Shown piece after piece: positions 1 to 12,335 of a stretch of 64,000 bases of DNA. The position numbers and the translations under genes were made by a program. Under the pieces are notes generated by a model, which saw only the letters and a list, made by a program, of their open reading frames with translations, was not told the origin of the DNA and made no database searches. The stretch spans positions 7,254,001 through 7,318,000 of the forward strand of contig JBHGNT010000005.1 of the NCBI GenBank assembly GCA_043228905.1. The letters are read 5' to 3'. The DNA is from Azolla caroliniana (lineage: Eukaryota > Plantae > Polypodiophyta). The first letter of the stretch is position 1. Each line of letters opens with the position of its first letter.

Positions 1-3000
1 ATTGCGTATTATGTTCATCCTTATTTTGGGTGTTTCGTGTGCATAGAGGCTATATTCCTCGATTACATCATTTGTTGGCTATGTTATGTTACGATTTTTT
101 AAATATATGCATATGTAATCACGTGTATATGTATTCAATCGTGTACACATGATAAACATAAATATGTGTATATTAGTGTTTATTACGTGATTTTGGAATA
201 TCGAACATTGTTCTTTTCGGGGAAAGGATCTTGGTGGTTGTCCTCACATTTTTGTGAGAATGGTGTAGTCACCATCCTTTTTCAACAAATGTTTTTGTTG
301 TTGTCATCCCCGTTGGTCACACGATTTCACTACACGTTAGAATGAAACAATCGTAGCCACAATGATGTTGTGAGCGTTAGGGCTTGATCCACTTCATGTG
401 AGGTCGCTCCTATGACACACACATCCAACATCCCTCCCTTGTTACATGGTTACGATGCCACCATGAGATCATCATTACGGAAGGCATTCATAATGATGTA
501 ACAATGTGATGGGCCACGTGGACCTACTACGAAAAGAGGGCTCATGTGGCTTGACCATTAGGTTGCAGTTTGGGGTATGTCATTGTAATGATGAGACTTG
601 AGGTTGGGTAATGTACATACATAGTTTTGAATCTTGTTAACAAGGGGGAAATAAGGTTTCCAGACACATGTATTCTTTTAAAAAACATATATGGACAAAT
701 GCCTTTGCATATCTCTCATATGTATGATATTCAATACGAGCAACCTATTTGGTTAGTTCAGGTGTTTAATGGCTCTGTTCTGAGGTCTCGAGTTCAAGTA
801 TGACCAAGACCATACAACATTATTGATACATGTATATGACTATAAAACATGTTTAGACTTTAGGTCTAAGTGCACTTTGGGGTCCTCGTAATAGGACTTA
901 AAGCGCCGAAACCACATGGGTGGGGACAGAGACATAGTTTATTGTTAACATTTTCTCATGTATAAACTATTCATGATGCGAACATACATAGTTAAGCCTC
1001 GGGGAGCCGCCATAAAAAAATTGATGTAGAGATCATGGAAAGACATTCATTTGTCACCCCCATTGTTTTTAAAACACCTTTGTGTTACCATAGTAACATG
1101 ATCTTGAACCTCATCTGATACGCACGTGAGATCATGATATCGATTAATGTTTGTCCACGATATGTTTACATCTCGACATGATGTTATAACTATTTGTCTG
1201 ACCTTATCCTATTTCTTTGCCAGAAATTATCATTCAATGGCTCATAATAACAACCCGATGGCATCCGCCCAAGCGGAGGGAATTCAAGGAAATCCTCCTT
1301 GGCCAATCCCCATTGAGTCATACTTTTTACAAATACAAAATTTCCTTAATTCTACCTTGCACAAGATTTCCGAACTTTGGCAATCTCATAGTGCTCTTGA
1401 GGCCCATGTCATTAGTATACAACGTGATACTAATAGACCTGATGAGCACCAATGGGAACCATCATCTGTCGTAAAGCCATTAACGGGAGAAAAGGAAAAA
1501 ATCAAAGAAGCAATCTGCACGTGATTGGGTAGATATGAGTCTCATTTTGAGATCTATCCCAAGCCAGATAGTATGAAGATTGCATATGTTGGTTGAGAAC
1601 TAGGGGGTAAGGCCACTACTTGGTGGCGTGACCTCCGCACTTTGGGGAAATTGCCAGATACCTAGACAAACTTTATCAAGGTTTTCAAGGGTAACCTCCA
1701 TCTCGAATCGAGGCAACACAAACTTTAATGAACCTCTCTAGCTAGAAGTTTTCCTCACTAGAAGACTACGTTCACCATGCTAGAACCCAAATCCAAAAAT
1801 CGGGTCTAGAAGGGGACAATTAGTTGATAGCTTGTTTTGTAATGGCATCCCCAATTCATACTATCACTGGATAGTGCACGATAAGGATCCCAAATCCTTC
1901 GAAGAGGTTGTTGAAATAGTTCTTTGTTATCAACGCACTTTGAAGAAGGACCATAACAAACTCGAAGCGCCTGGGACTAAGCAATCGCAATTCGCTGGGA
2001 AGCGACAAAATCTTTTTTATGTGTTATGCAGAAAGAAGGGTCATACAAAAGAGCAATGTCAGAAGCTCCAATGAAAAGAGCACAGCAACAAAACCAAAGT
2101 TCCATATCATAAATGTCAGATTCCTAATGTCCTTGAGGTCTATACACATCATTTACGTAATTGTAAATGTTATTTCCCTCACTATGTATTGGGACCCAAT
2201 GATTTACTACATGCAAACAATTTCTATTTTATCCGGGAAGCTAACACAACTTTTTGAATGATCGTTTGGTTCAGATATGGGGAATCCAACCCACCATAAG
2301 TGATCACACCTATAAGGTGCAGTTGGTTGATGGAAGAGTGCAATACATCAACGGGGCGATTCATTCATGTAAAACCCTAAACCCTTCCATGTAATGAATC
2401 TTTGTACCACTAATGAAATATTGGGCTATCCCTGGTTTTATAATAAAAACTCTTCTTTATCTATTGATTGGGTTCACCATTCCATTACCTTTGTATTGAA
2501 CGATTGCACTCATTTTATTCAATGTGTAAAAAAACAATCTCTTTCAATTGTTTCCTCTCCATCAATATCTGAGTTGTGTTGTTCTTCTTTATTTTATTGT
2601 GTACTTGATCCGAACATTCACGTTTATAATATCAATAGTGTCTCAAGTCATTTATCATATTTTGAACAATAATAGCTCGAGGAAATATTAAATGATTTTC
2701 GTGATGTTTTTCCGAGTGAACTACCACATGGGTTACCTCCTAAACGTAATATAGACCATCGTATAGATATTGTACCTGACGTTGCACCAATAAGTATACC
2801 TTCGTATCGCTTAAGTCAATCCGAAGAGGATGAGGTATCTAAGCAACTCAAGGACTATTTACGAATGGGTTATATACGTTATAGTAAATCTCCATGGGGT
2901 GCACCTGTTCTCTTGGTAAAAAAGAAATAGAGCACATGGCGCCCACATGGTGTATGTGTATTAATTACAGACGCTTGAATAAAGTGACGATCCAGAATTC

Positions 3001-3044
3001 ATATCCATTGTCCAGGGCTGACGATCTAATTGACCGTCTCCAGG

Positions 3045-4286
3045 TGGCGAGAACTACTTGCTCCTTATACGCAACGCTCGGCCACAACCGAGCTTAGAAT
3101 CATACACAGAAAACGGGAAATAAAGGCACGACACAAAGAGGAGAAGAGTACACAAGATGTTTACGTGGAAAACCACGGCAGCCCATAGGCTACAAACTAT
3201 CACTATGTTAGAATGTACAACAGTGAGTTCACGGAGGCAACGACCTTGTGCTCACGATCTTCGCCACAAGCGGCGGTTACAACAGAGGCAACGACCTCTT
3301 CCTCTCTCTCTTTCTCTCTGTACACTGTCATGCGCTATATTCTTGTGCAAAAGAAAAAACGACAACAACAACTAAAAGTTTGCCCTAAGTCATATTTATA
3401 CTAATATGATCTTTCGGTTATTTACAAAAAGATAGCCTCTATGGACTCTCAGAAACATATTTACGAATATGTCTCTTCATCCGGTTCTCACCGGATCTGC
3501 ACCATCTGGCTCTCCGTAGCCGGGTACTCCTCATCCGATTCTCACTGGGTCTGCACCATCCGGCTCTCCGTAGCCGGGTACTCCTCATCCAGTTCTCACC
3601 GAGTCTGCACCATCCGGCTCTTCGTAGCCGGATACTCCTCATCCGGTTCTCACCAGGTCTGCACCATCCGGCTCTCTGTAGCCGGGTACTCGTCATCCGG
3701 TCTCGGCCTCAGCCGAGTTTGTTCATCAGCATTGTTCTTCTCCCTTCCCATCCGGAGGGACCTGTCTCCCAACAAACTCCCCCTTCACTCCGGCATGGGG
3801 TGTCTTACCAGTCTGATCCTCTTCCGGCATGCATCCAGCTTGTCGGGTATCAACACTTTGGTCAGCATATCTGACCCGTTCTCGGTCGTGTGGATCTTCG
3901 TCAGCGCGAACTCCTGGTCATCTACTCTCTCCCGGATCCAGTGATACCTTCGCTGGATATGCTTCGTCCGGGAATGGTAGGCCGCATTCTTAGCAAGATG
4001 GATGACACTTTGACTGTCGCAATAGAGTCGGTATTCATCTTGCCGGATACCGAGCTCTCCGATGAAGTCCTTCATCCATAATATTTCCTTGCCAGCTTCC
4101 ACAGCCGCCATGTACTCCGCCTCCGTGGTTGACAATGCAACCGTCTTCTGCAGCCTCGACTGCCACGAAACAGCTCCCCCGTGGTACTCGTCATCCGGTT
4201 TCGGCCTCAACCTATCGGCCTCGGCCGAGTTTGTTCATCGGCACTGTTCTTCTTCCTTCCCATCTGGAGGGACCTGTCTCCCAATA
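3045..4286 (-). mobile_element. Internally deleted Ty1/copia (Tnt1/Tork-like) element
   Basis: 5-bp TSD CCAGG at 3040-3044 and 4287-4291. Full LTR 3045-3774 (TG...ACA). PPT aactcccccttca at 3775-3787. RNase [24 protein letters not shown]...HSRTKHI at 3785-4180 is fused to only ~105 bp of the other LTR (4181-4286). Confidence 0.92.
3475..3700. repeat. 54-bp tandem repeat (~4 copies) in the U3 region of the copia LTR
   Basis: Unit tcatccggttctcaccggatctgcaccatccggctctccgtagccgggtactcc recurs at ~3478, 3531, 3585, 3639 and 3693. This explains the 18-aa periodic ORFs on both strands. Confidence 0.9.
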
Positions 4287-5150
4287 CCAGGGAGCTCGAT
4301 ATTTTACGAAACTTGATCTTCGTATGGGCTACCATCAAATCCATATAAGTGAGGAAGATGTTCCTAAAACGACATTTCATACACGTTATGGCCATTACGA
4401 GTTTTTGGTCATGCCTTTAGGTTTGACCAATGCTCCGGCCACATTTCAACAAGAAATGAATGACATTTTCCGAGAACAACTTGGAAAATTTGCCGTTATT
4501 TTCTTGGATGATATTCTAGTCTATAGTCATACATTAGAAGAACATGCTAAACATGTCTGTTGTGTTTTACAAATTTTGCGCGACAAACAATTCTATGCAA
4601 AGATCTCAAAATGTGAGTTCTTCAAGAAATCAATTACTTATCTTGGACATCTCATAACCAAATGAGAAATTGACCCGTCTCGCATCGAGAAAGTTAAAAT
4701 TTGGCCCACTCTTTGGAATATTAGAGAAGTTAGAGAGGCCCTTGGTTTTGTCAAGTTTTTGCGAAAATCTCTTCGCAATTATTCCCAATTGACAACGCCA
4801 TTTACTGATCTTCTAAAAGGTCAAACGTGTAAGTCTACAAAACCTATTGTATGAAATGCTAACCTAGACCTTGCCTTTAAGGAACTCAAGGACCCGGTGT
4901 GCAAGGCTCCTTCACTTCTTTTACTAGAGCCTTCAAAACCTTTTCAAGTTGAAACTGACAGAAGTGATTATGCTATAGGTGTTGTCCTATATTAAGATGG
5001 TAAACCAGTAGCATTTGAGAGTAAGATTCAACTTGATTCTGATAAGTGTCGGTATGCTGTGCAAGAAAAGGAATTATTTGCAATAATTCATGCACTAAAG
5101 TATGGCGCCATTATCTTTATAGAAGTCATTTTGTGGTAACTACAGATCAC

Positions 5151-6792
5151 CCCTCTTCATTATCGCCTTTGCTTCTAGAGTTACCATCATCACTGTCCTT
5201 GCTTCTAGTGTTACCGTTATCAATATCCTAGTCTTCGACATCATCGTTTTCAGCACCTCTTTGCTCAACCTTCATCGTAATCAACATTAATTGTTATCAT
5301 TTATAGGTATAATTTTGCATCACAATTTTGGTGAGGATTTCTTTTGATCGCTCACCTTCCCAGTTTCGGTGGGGGTTACAACCACTCACTTTCTTGGTGG
5401 GGATTGAATCATTGCTTGCTTGCACTCCATTTTCATTTTAGTTCAAGTCTCGTGCCACATTCCTTTGACGAGGACCGATTTCGATCGCTCACCTTCTCGT
5501 TCTGGTGGGGGTCACAACCGCTCACTTTCTTGGTGAGGATCGCATTGGTTTCTCGCTAGCACTACCTTTTGTGTTGTGTTTTGGGTCAACCTCGACTATT
5601 TACCCTCTCATAATAGAAGAAGTTGAGTAGACCGCTTCACTTGCACTCCTTCGCGCGTTTGTGTTTGTGTTCCCGATCAGGACCGTACGTGTTCTTTCAC
5701 ATTGTTCATGTTCTAGTTCCTGATGAGGACCACATGGTTGCTCACGCTTGTTCGTGTTTGAGTTCTCGATGAGGGCCACACATGGTCGCTCTTGCCCGTT
5801 CGTGCTCAAGTTCCCAGTGAGGGCTGCAGGGTCGCTCACTCCCATTCGTGTTCCAGTTCCCGGTGAGGGCTGCATGGTCGCTCACTCCCATTCGTGTTCC
5901 AGTTCCCGGTGACTGTTGCATGGTCGCTCACTCCCGTTCGTGCTCAGTTCCCAATGAGGGCCGCATGGTTGCTCATGCCCGTTCATGTTCCCGGTGAGGA
6001 CTGCACATGGTCTCTCACTGTTGTCCGTGTTGTAGTCTTCGGTGAGGGCCACACATGGTCGCTCACACCCGTCGAGGTTCAAATCTTTGGTGAGGACCGT
6101 GCATGATCGCTCACACCCATCAGTGTTCCAATCTCCAGGGAGGACCACACATGGTCACTCACGTCTATTGGCGTTCTAGTCTTCAGTGAGGACAACATAT
6201 AGTTCTTCACGCCCGTTAGTGCTCCAATTCTCGTTCACCCCTACACCACACTTTCGAAAAGGCGGCCATAAAGGGGAGGATTATGTCACGACACAATGAT
6301 ATCAAATACGTAGTTAGTGAGGATTGAACTCGCAACCTCACAATTGAAGTTACAACCTCACAACTACAATATGTCATGATCAACCATCTTGATATGAGCA
6401 TGCATTTATAATAGTTTAGTATTCTATAATCTAGCATATAGTACATTTTAGAATTAGAATATTCTATTCAGTAGTATATTCTAGAAATATTGTACGACAT
6501 ACTCTAAACGAGTATATTCTAGAGATATTCAATCTCGGAACATGTATAAATACTTGTAACCTCCTTGGTCCCTTTCAAGGGATTCAACACCAATCATTGA
6601 CACATCAATCTAGTATTCTCGTTTCGCCTCATCTTTGTCGCCTTGATCTTTATTTTTGTCTTCATGCCCTCATGTCGCTCAGAACATCTAGAGTTCCTAG
6701 CCTCGTCACAAATTCTAGCTCCAAGTTCATCCGTCACTCGTAGCCTCATCATATGTGCTCCGTCCTAGTCTGCGCTTGGTGTGTCTGTGACA
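5151..6792 (+). mobile_element. 3' part of another LTR element (non-coding 3' region, PPT, 3' LTR)
   Basis: Interrupts the host RNase H between TDH and ESLKY. PPT aaaggggagga at 6270-6280. LTR 6284-6792 with terminal inverted repeats TGTCAC...GTGACA. Right flank is CACGA and left flank only CAC, so the 5' part is deleted. Confidence 0.8.
5670..6235. repeat. Degenerate ~46-48-bp tandem array (~12 copies) upstream of the PPT
   Basis: Consensus gtgagggctgcatggtcgctcactcccattcgtgttccagttcccg, repeated head to tail. Confidence 0.85.
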
Positions 6793-7383
6793 CACGAGTC
6801 CTTGAAATATTTTTGTGACAAACAAGACCTTAAAGGTCGTAAGGCACGATGGGAAAATCTCATCCAAGACTTTGAATTTTCCATACGATATCATAAAGGT
6901 TCTATGAACACTATCGTTGATGCACTAAGTCACATCCATGAAGTTAACATGCTTAGCTTCACTGAAATAACATCATATCTTTATGATCACCTTCGAGGAA
7001 AGTATCCCGATGACAATTATTTTGGAAAATACTGGGCAAGAGTTGAGTCAGGAACAGACAACACCACATCCTCGAAGGAATCCTTCCACATCGCTAATGG
7101 TTTGCTCTATTGTAATGGGAAGGTTTGTGTTCCAAATTTGCCTCAACATGGCACTTTGGAATACATCGTACACTCATTCTCATATCCACTCAATTCTATT
7201 AGCCTAAGATGCGTCCTGACATACATAGCTATGTGACTATATGCCACCAGTGTTTGGTTAACAAACCCTGATGACTTAAAGTCGTTGAACTTTACATCCC
7301 TTGGACATTCCCAATAATAAGTGGTAAAGTATATCCATGGATTTTATGGTTGGTCTTCCTCGCACCAAAAAAGGCCATGATGC

Positions 7384-7510
7384 TGTCAGGAATAGTATTA
7401 AACAAAGAGAGGATTAGTACTAGAGAAGGGAGGTACTATTAGTACTAAGAGGACGAGACTGCGTAAGACTCCCGAGAGAGGAAGAGAGAAGAGGAGAGAG
7501 AGATAGCGAG

Positions 7511-7575
<65 letters not shown>

Positions 7576-7867
7576 TATAACATATTATATATTATAAGAA
7601 GAGTAAGTGCAAAAGGGCTATGAGGCTAAAGACTGGCGTTGAACCAATTTGGTTCAACATAATGCCTAGTGCCCTCTTTTATAGTGTTCTCAGGAGTAAT
7701 CCTGAAGCTTCTAGAATGTTCCAGAGAAATCTGGAATATACATTAATTTCCTATAATAAAATGTAAATAAAAATAATATCTTACGTATTACAATAGATGA
7801 TATAATGGTCAAGAGCTCGACCCATATAACCTAAGGTCATGGGTTTGAGTCTTGCCATATCATGAAA
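7384..7867 (-). repeat. 3' LTR of the chromovirus
   Basis: Direct repeat of 13528-13995, with about 11 substitutions counted by eye plus an (AG)n length difference. Confidence 0.95.
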
Positions 7868-8089
7868 CTATCCCCCCTTTAAAACGATGAGTGTCACGAG
7901 TCGTTTTGGATGGAGGACCCGGTTTGTGTGGATATTGACGATGGAAGTCTTCAAGAAGCGCCCGAGCATTGGTCACATTCTCGATCGGTTCCCAAGTACA
8001 TTCACTGGGACTATAGCCTAGCCAATCGACTAGATAGTAGAGCTTGTTGCGAACAATCTTGGAATCAAGGATGGCGGCAACCTCGTACT

Positions 8090-8368
8090 TGACAGGAACT
8101 ACACGCTCCCTATGCGCAATGCTCGGCCACAACCGAGCTTAGAATCATACACAGAAGAAAACGGGGAATGAAACGCACGACACAGTGAAGAGAAGAGTAC
8201 ACAAGATGTTTACGTGGAAAAACCCAAACTAGGGAAAAAACCACGACAGCCCACAGACTGCAAACTATCACTATATCACAATGGTTACAACAGTGAGCTC
8301 ACGGAGGCAACGACCTCGCGCTCACGATCTTCGCCACAGGCAGCGGTTACAACAGAGGCAACGACCTC

Positions 8369-8411
<43 letters not shown>

Positions 8412-8832
8412 ACACTGTTACGCGCTCTCTCTTCTTGCACAAACAAGAATGACAACAACACAACTACAATTCTCTGTTTTCCCTAAGTCATATTTATACT
8501 AATATGACTTTTCGTCTATTTACAAATATAGCCCCCCAATGGACTCTCAAAAACATATTTACGAATATGTCCCTTCATCCGGTGAGCACTCCTCACCGGG
8601 CCTGCATCATCCGGCGCTTGCCGGGCACACATCATCCGATTCTCACCAGGTCTTCCGTAGTCGGGTCCTTGTCATCTGGTTCTCACTGGGTCTTCCGTAG
8701 TCAGGTACTCGTCATCCGGTTTTCACTGGGTCTTCACCATCCGGCTTCGGCCGAGGCCTATCGGCCTCGGCCAAGTTTGCTCATTAGTACTATTCTTCTC
8801 ACTTCCCATCCGGAGGGACCTGTTTCCTAACA
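8090..8832 (-). mobile_element. Copia solo LTR, same family as 3045-3774
   Basis: TG...ACA ends. TSD GTACT at 8085-8089 and 8833-8837. Shares gctcggccacaaccgagcttagaatcatacacaga and gaggcaacgacct blocks with 3045-3774. It splits the host EDGPEY/EVAAILDSK chromodomain. Confidence 0.93.
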
Positions 8833-11167
8833 GTACTCTGGTCCGTCTTCAAGCTCGATCGGGGGTGGAGGTTGTATAATACGTCATGGGATGGTGCTCT
8901 CGTGATAGGGTTCAAGGAGAGAACTATGAAACACCGGATGTATCCGAAGTTTAGGAGGTAGATCGAGACGAAAAGCGACATCATTAATCTTTCTGATAAT
9001 ACGAAAGGGACCTAATCCCCGATAATCCAACTTCTCACATGGGCGAGTAGTCTTGATGTGTCGTCGTAGCAGCCACACACGATCTCCAATGTTAAAACTA
9101 GATGGAAGTCAATGACGATCCGCGTAGACCTTGTGTGTTTGTTGAGCTTGCTGGAGATGAGTAGATAAATCTGCTTGTATCTTGCGTAACTGCTCCAAAC
9201 AATCCTCCGCGCAAGGATTTGTGGACACCTCTGGGGTTTCAAGTACACTCCACCGAGGGTGACATCCCGTATAAGCATAAAAGGGCGTAACTTTAGTCGA
9301 TGCATGGATAGAGTTATTATAGGCAAATTCCGCGAAGTGGAGAATATCTGCCTAGTTATCCTGATGATAGCTGAGAAAGCACCACAAAAGCTAGTATAGC
9401 TTGGGCGAAAGCATCTGTCTTCAGGTTCGCACGTATGATATTGATAACGTGGGAATCCATGGGCATGCCAAAAACCTGTGTTGCTTGCAGTCGTGTCGGT
9501 CCCAAGATTACTTGCTTTTAATTATCGAAAGTTGGCTCGCCGGGACGCGGTGTTAGATACAAACGCCATGATAATGCATCTGCCTTCCCTTGGTGCTTCC
9601 CCGGATGATATGTAATTTTGAAGTCGAAACGCGTGAGGAAGTGGGCCCACCGAGCTTGACGTCGATTTAACACACGAGCATCCTGAAAGTAGGCAAGGTT
9701 TTTATGGTCATTGAATATGGTGACTTGATGAGAGGATCCCTCTAAAAAATGCCTCCATTACATAAACGAGTCCATTATTGCCAATAGCTCCTTATCATGA
9801 ATTTCGTAGTTGATTTCGGCAGCGTCAAACTTGCGTGAGTGAAAAGCCACAAGATGTAGCTTCTTATCATTACCCTGTTGTGATAGAATGCTCCCCAATG
9901 CGAAATCCGATGCGTCAGCTTCGATAATGAATGGTTTTTCCGGATCTACATGAGCTAGAATTGGAGCCGATGATAATGCCTTTTTAAGACTCTCGAAAGC
10001 CATATCTTCTTCTTTAGACCAAACGAACGATTGTCCCTTCCTGGTAAGCTGTGTGAGAGGCAGAACGAGCTTTGAGTAATCTTGTATAAACTTCCGGTAA
10101 AAATTGGCAAAGCCTAAAAAGCATTGCACATCCTGCACCGAGTGCGGAGTCTGCCATTCTACCACCGTCTTGACCTTAGCTGGGTCCATGGAGATGCCTT
10201 CTGATGAAATGATGTAGCCGAGAAATTCCACTTGGTTGCACCCAAAACTACATTTTTCTAGCTTTGCGTAAAGACCATGTTCTCGAAGTCGTTTTAGTAC
10301 TAACAGTACGTGAGAATCATGCTCTTCTTCGGTCTTTTAATAAACTAGTAGATCATCCAAGTAGATGATCAGACACACATCCAAGAGATCTCGGAATATA
10401 TCATTTGCCATGTGCTGGAAGACTGTTGGCGCATTAGTGAGGCCGAACGACATGACCGTATACTTGAAGTGCCCATATCTAGTGCGGAACGCGGTCTTCC
10501 ATTCATCTGCTAGTCGGATCCGTACGAGGTTATAGGCCCCCCATAAGTCGATCTTTGTGAAGAACCTGGCACCATTGATCCGTTCTAAAAGACTTGAGAT
10601 GAGGGGAAGGGCATACCTTTTGAGGATTGTAACTTTATTCAAGCCACGGTAATCTACCACCATACGAAGTGAGCCATCCTTTTTCTTGACGAAGAAAATG
10701 GGTGTGCTGGCTGGAGATTTCGAATGTCGAATGAATCCATTCTCCAAATTCTCCTCTATATAGGCTCAAAGGACTTCTAGCTCGGTTGGTGACAAATTGT
10801 ATATCGGTCCCCATGGTGGCTCTTTCACCGGTTGTAAATCGATGGGGCAATCATATGGTCGATGGTGAGGAAGCGTATTGGCTCGTACTTTATCGAATAC
10901 ATCAGCATAATGATGATACTTCTTTGGAAGTTGAATGGTGGACTCCTCTTTAATGGTGTCGGAGAGTTTTAGTGATATTGCGAAGAGAAACATTTCTTCC
11001 TTGCGTCCTTCTTCTTGCAACTGATGTAGTGAAATGGTGGCAATCTTCTGAGTAGATCCTCGGGTTTGTCAACACCGGATTTCTCTTGTTCTCCAATCTA
11101 TGTCTGGGTTATGTAACTTGAACCATGGTAATCCCAAAACGATGGGATGTTCTGGGATACTAATAAT

Positions 11168-11841
11168 CATAGATTGACACATGCGTGTTATTCGTGATAT
11201 TCTCTATGCGCAATATTCTCAACATTCGAGAATATGAAATGGCCCCAAGAATATTAAAAACCCATTCGTTTTGCAAAAAATATATATAATATTTATTTAA
11301 ATAAATTTATTTCACCAAAAAAAGAACAATTATTCATTAATAGATTATAGTGTCAAGAGAGTTTATGAAACTTATTTTAATTAATCAATTTATTTATTTA
11401 TTTTTAAAAAACGAATACTTAATAACTTATACATTTATTATAAAAATTTAGTTATACTTACAAATATGATTAGTATGAACTCTAAATATATGATTAGTTT
11501 GAAGTACTATTTTTAATGTCAAAATAAAAATATCCATAAATTTTGAGGGAATAAAAAGTGAGAAATTAATGAGCCTTTATTTTATTTTATTTATTTATTA
11601 AAAATAAAACGAATACATACTTATAAGTTATACATTTATTATAAAAATCTAGTAGTGTCAAATCCCTAAGTCCCTCTTTTATTATCCCTATTTATTGTCA
11701 AGTTCCTTTTTTATATCCTAGGAAATTAAAAAAGACATAGTTTTTTTTTTTGAGTTAAACGAATACTTGACCACCCATTCGTATTCGTATTCGTTTGCAT
11801 TCGAATGGGAAACCCGACGAATGTGAATATGTCAATCTATG
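11168..11841. mobile_element. Non-autonomous hAT-type DNA transposon (MITE)
   Basis: 12-bp TIR CATAGATTGACA/TGTCAATCTATG. 8-bp TSD CTAATAAT at 11160-11167 and 11842-11849. AT-rich non-coding interior. Confidence 0.9.
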
Positions 11842-12290
11842 CTAATAATGTTAAATGATACCACACATGCTAAGTTATCTAGGACAATTTCTCTTGTTCT
11901 CCAATCTATGTCTAGGTTATGTAACTCGAACCATGGTAATCCCAAAACGATGGGATGTTCTAGGATACTAATAATGTTAAATGATAATACACATGCTAAG
12001 TTATCTAGGACAATATTAACGGGTTCTGACTCTTCTATGATATTTCCGGAAGCAATGGGTCGACCATCAATGACGACTACAGAGGCTGGACACGGGAGTT
12101 TTCTAAGAGATATCTGATGAGCTTGGGCAAAATTCCTATCCATAAAGTAAGAATTAGCTCTGGAGTCTAGAAGTGCTAAGACGTGTACTGGAGGGGTACT
12201 TTTAGTACTAACTGTTACTTGGGCTACGAATACATTGCTATCTTGCTTAGAGGGAATGGAACCACTAATGGGCTGCACAGATCTAGGGCT

Positions 12291-12335
12291 GTCCAACCAA
12301 ACAGCTCCTATTTTGGCTGGACTTAGTCGTTTAAC
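12291..12335 (-). promoter_or_regulatory. Putative -1 programmed ribosomal frameshift signal at the gag-pol junction
   Basis: G_UUA_AAC heptamer (12335-12329) in the gag frame, 6-nt spacer, then an 11-bp stem GUCCAGCCAAA/UUUGGUUGGAC. Pol (VKRLSPAKIGAVWLDSPRSVQ) is in the -1 frame. Confidence 0.7.

Larger units (their letters stand above)
2690..5150 (+). pseudogene. Host gypsy reverse transcriptase/RNase H, split by the copia insertion at 3045-4286
   Basis: [51 protein letters not shown] and [10 protein letters not shown] motifs, with stops and frameshifts. Confidence 0.9.
7860..12330 (-). pseudogene. Chromovirus pol (PR-RT-RH-INT-CHD), fragmented
   Basis: ORF fragments 11832-12296, 10766-11020, 10337-10747, 9758-10231, 8884-9078 and 7860-8089. 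The integrase core is partly deleted near 9385-9570. Confidence 0.9.

Noticed and set aside
600-1110. 5' LTR/PBS of the host gypsy, and a tRNA/SINE-like stretch near 745-810
   Set aside because: No convincing match to the LTR starting at 14969, no clear PBS, and the tRNA-like boxes are too degenerate to call.
4129-4665. 178-aa ORF as a real gene
   Set aside because: It is a chimera of antisense copia/LTR sequence read into the host gypsy RT across the insertion junction.
5670-6235. CRISPR-like appearance of the 46-bp array
   Set aside because: The whole unit is repeated with no unique spacers, there are no cas genes, and the context is a eukaryotic retroelement.
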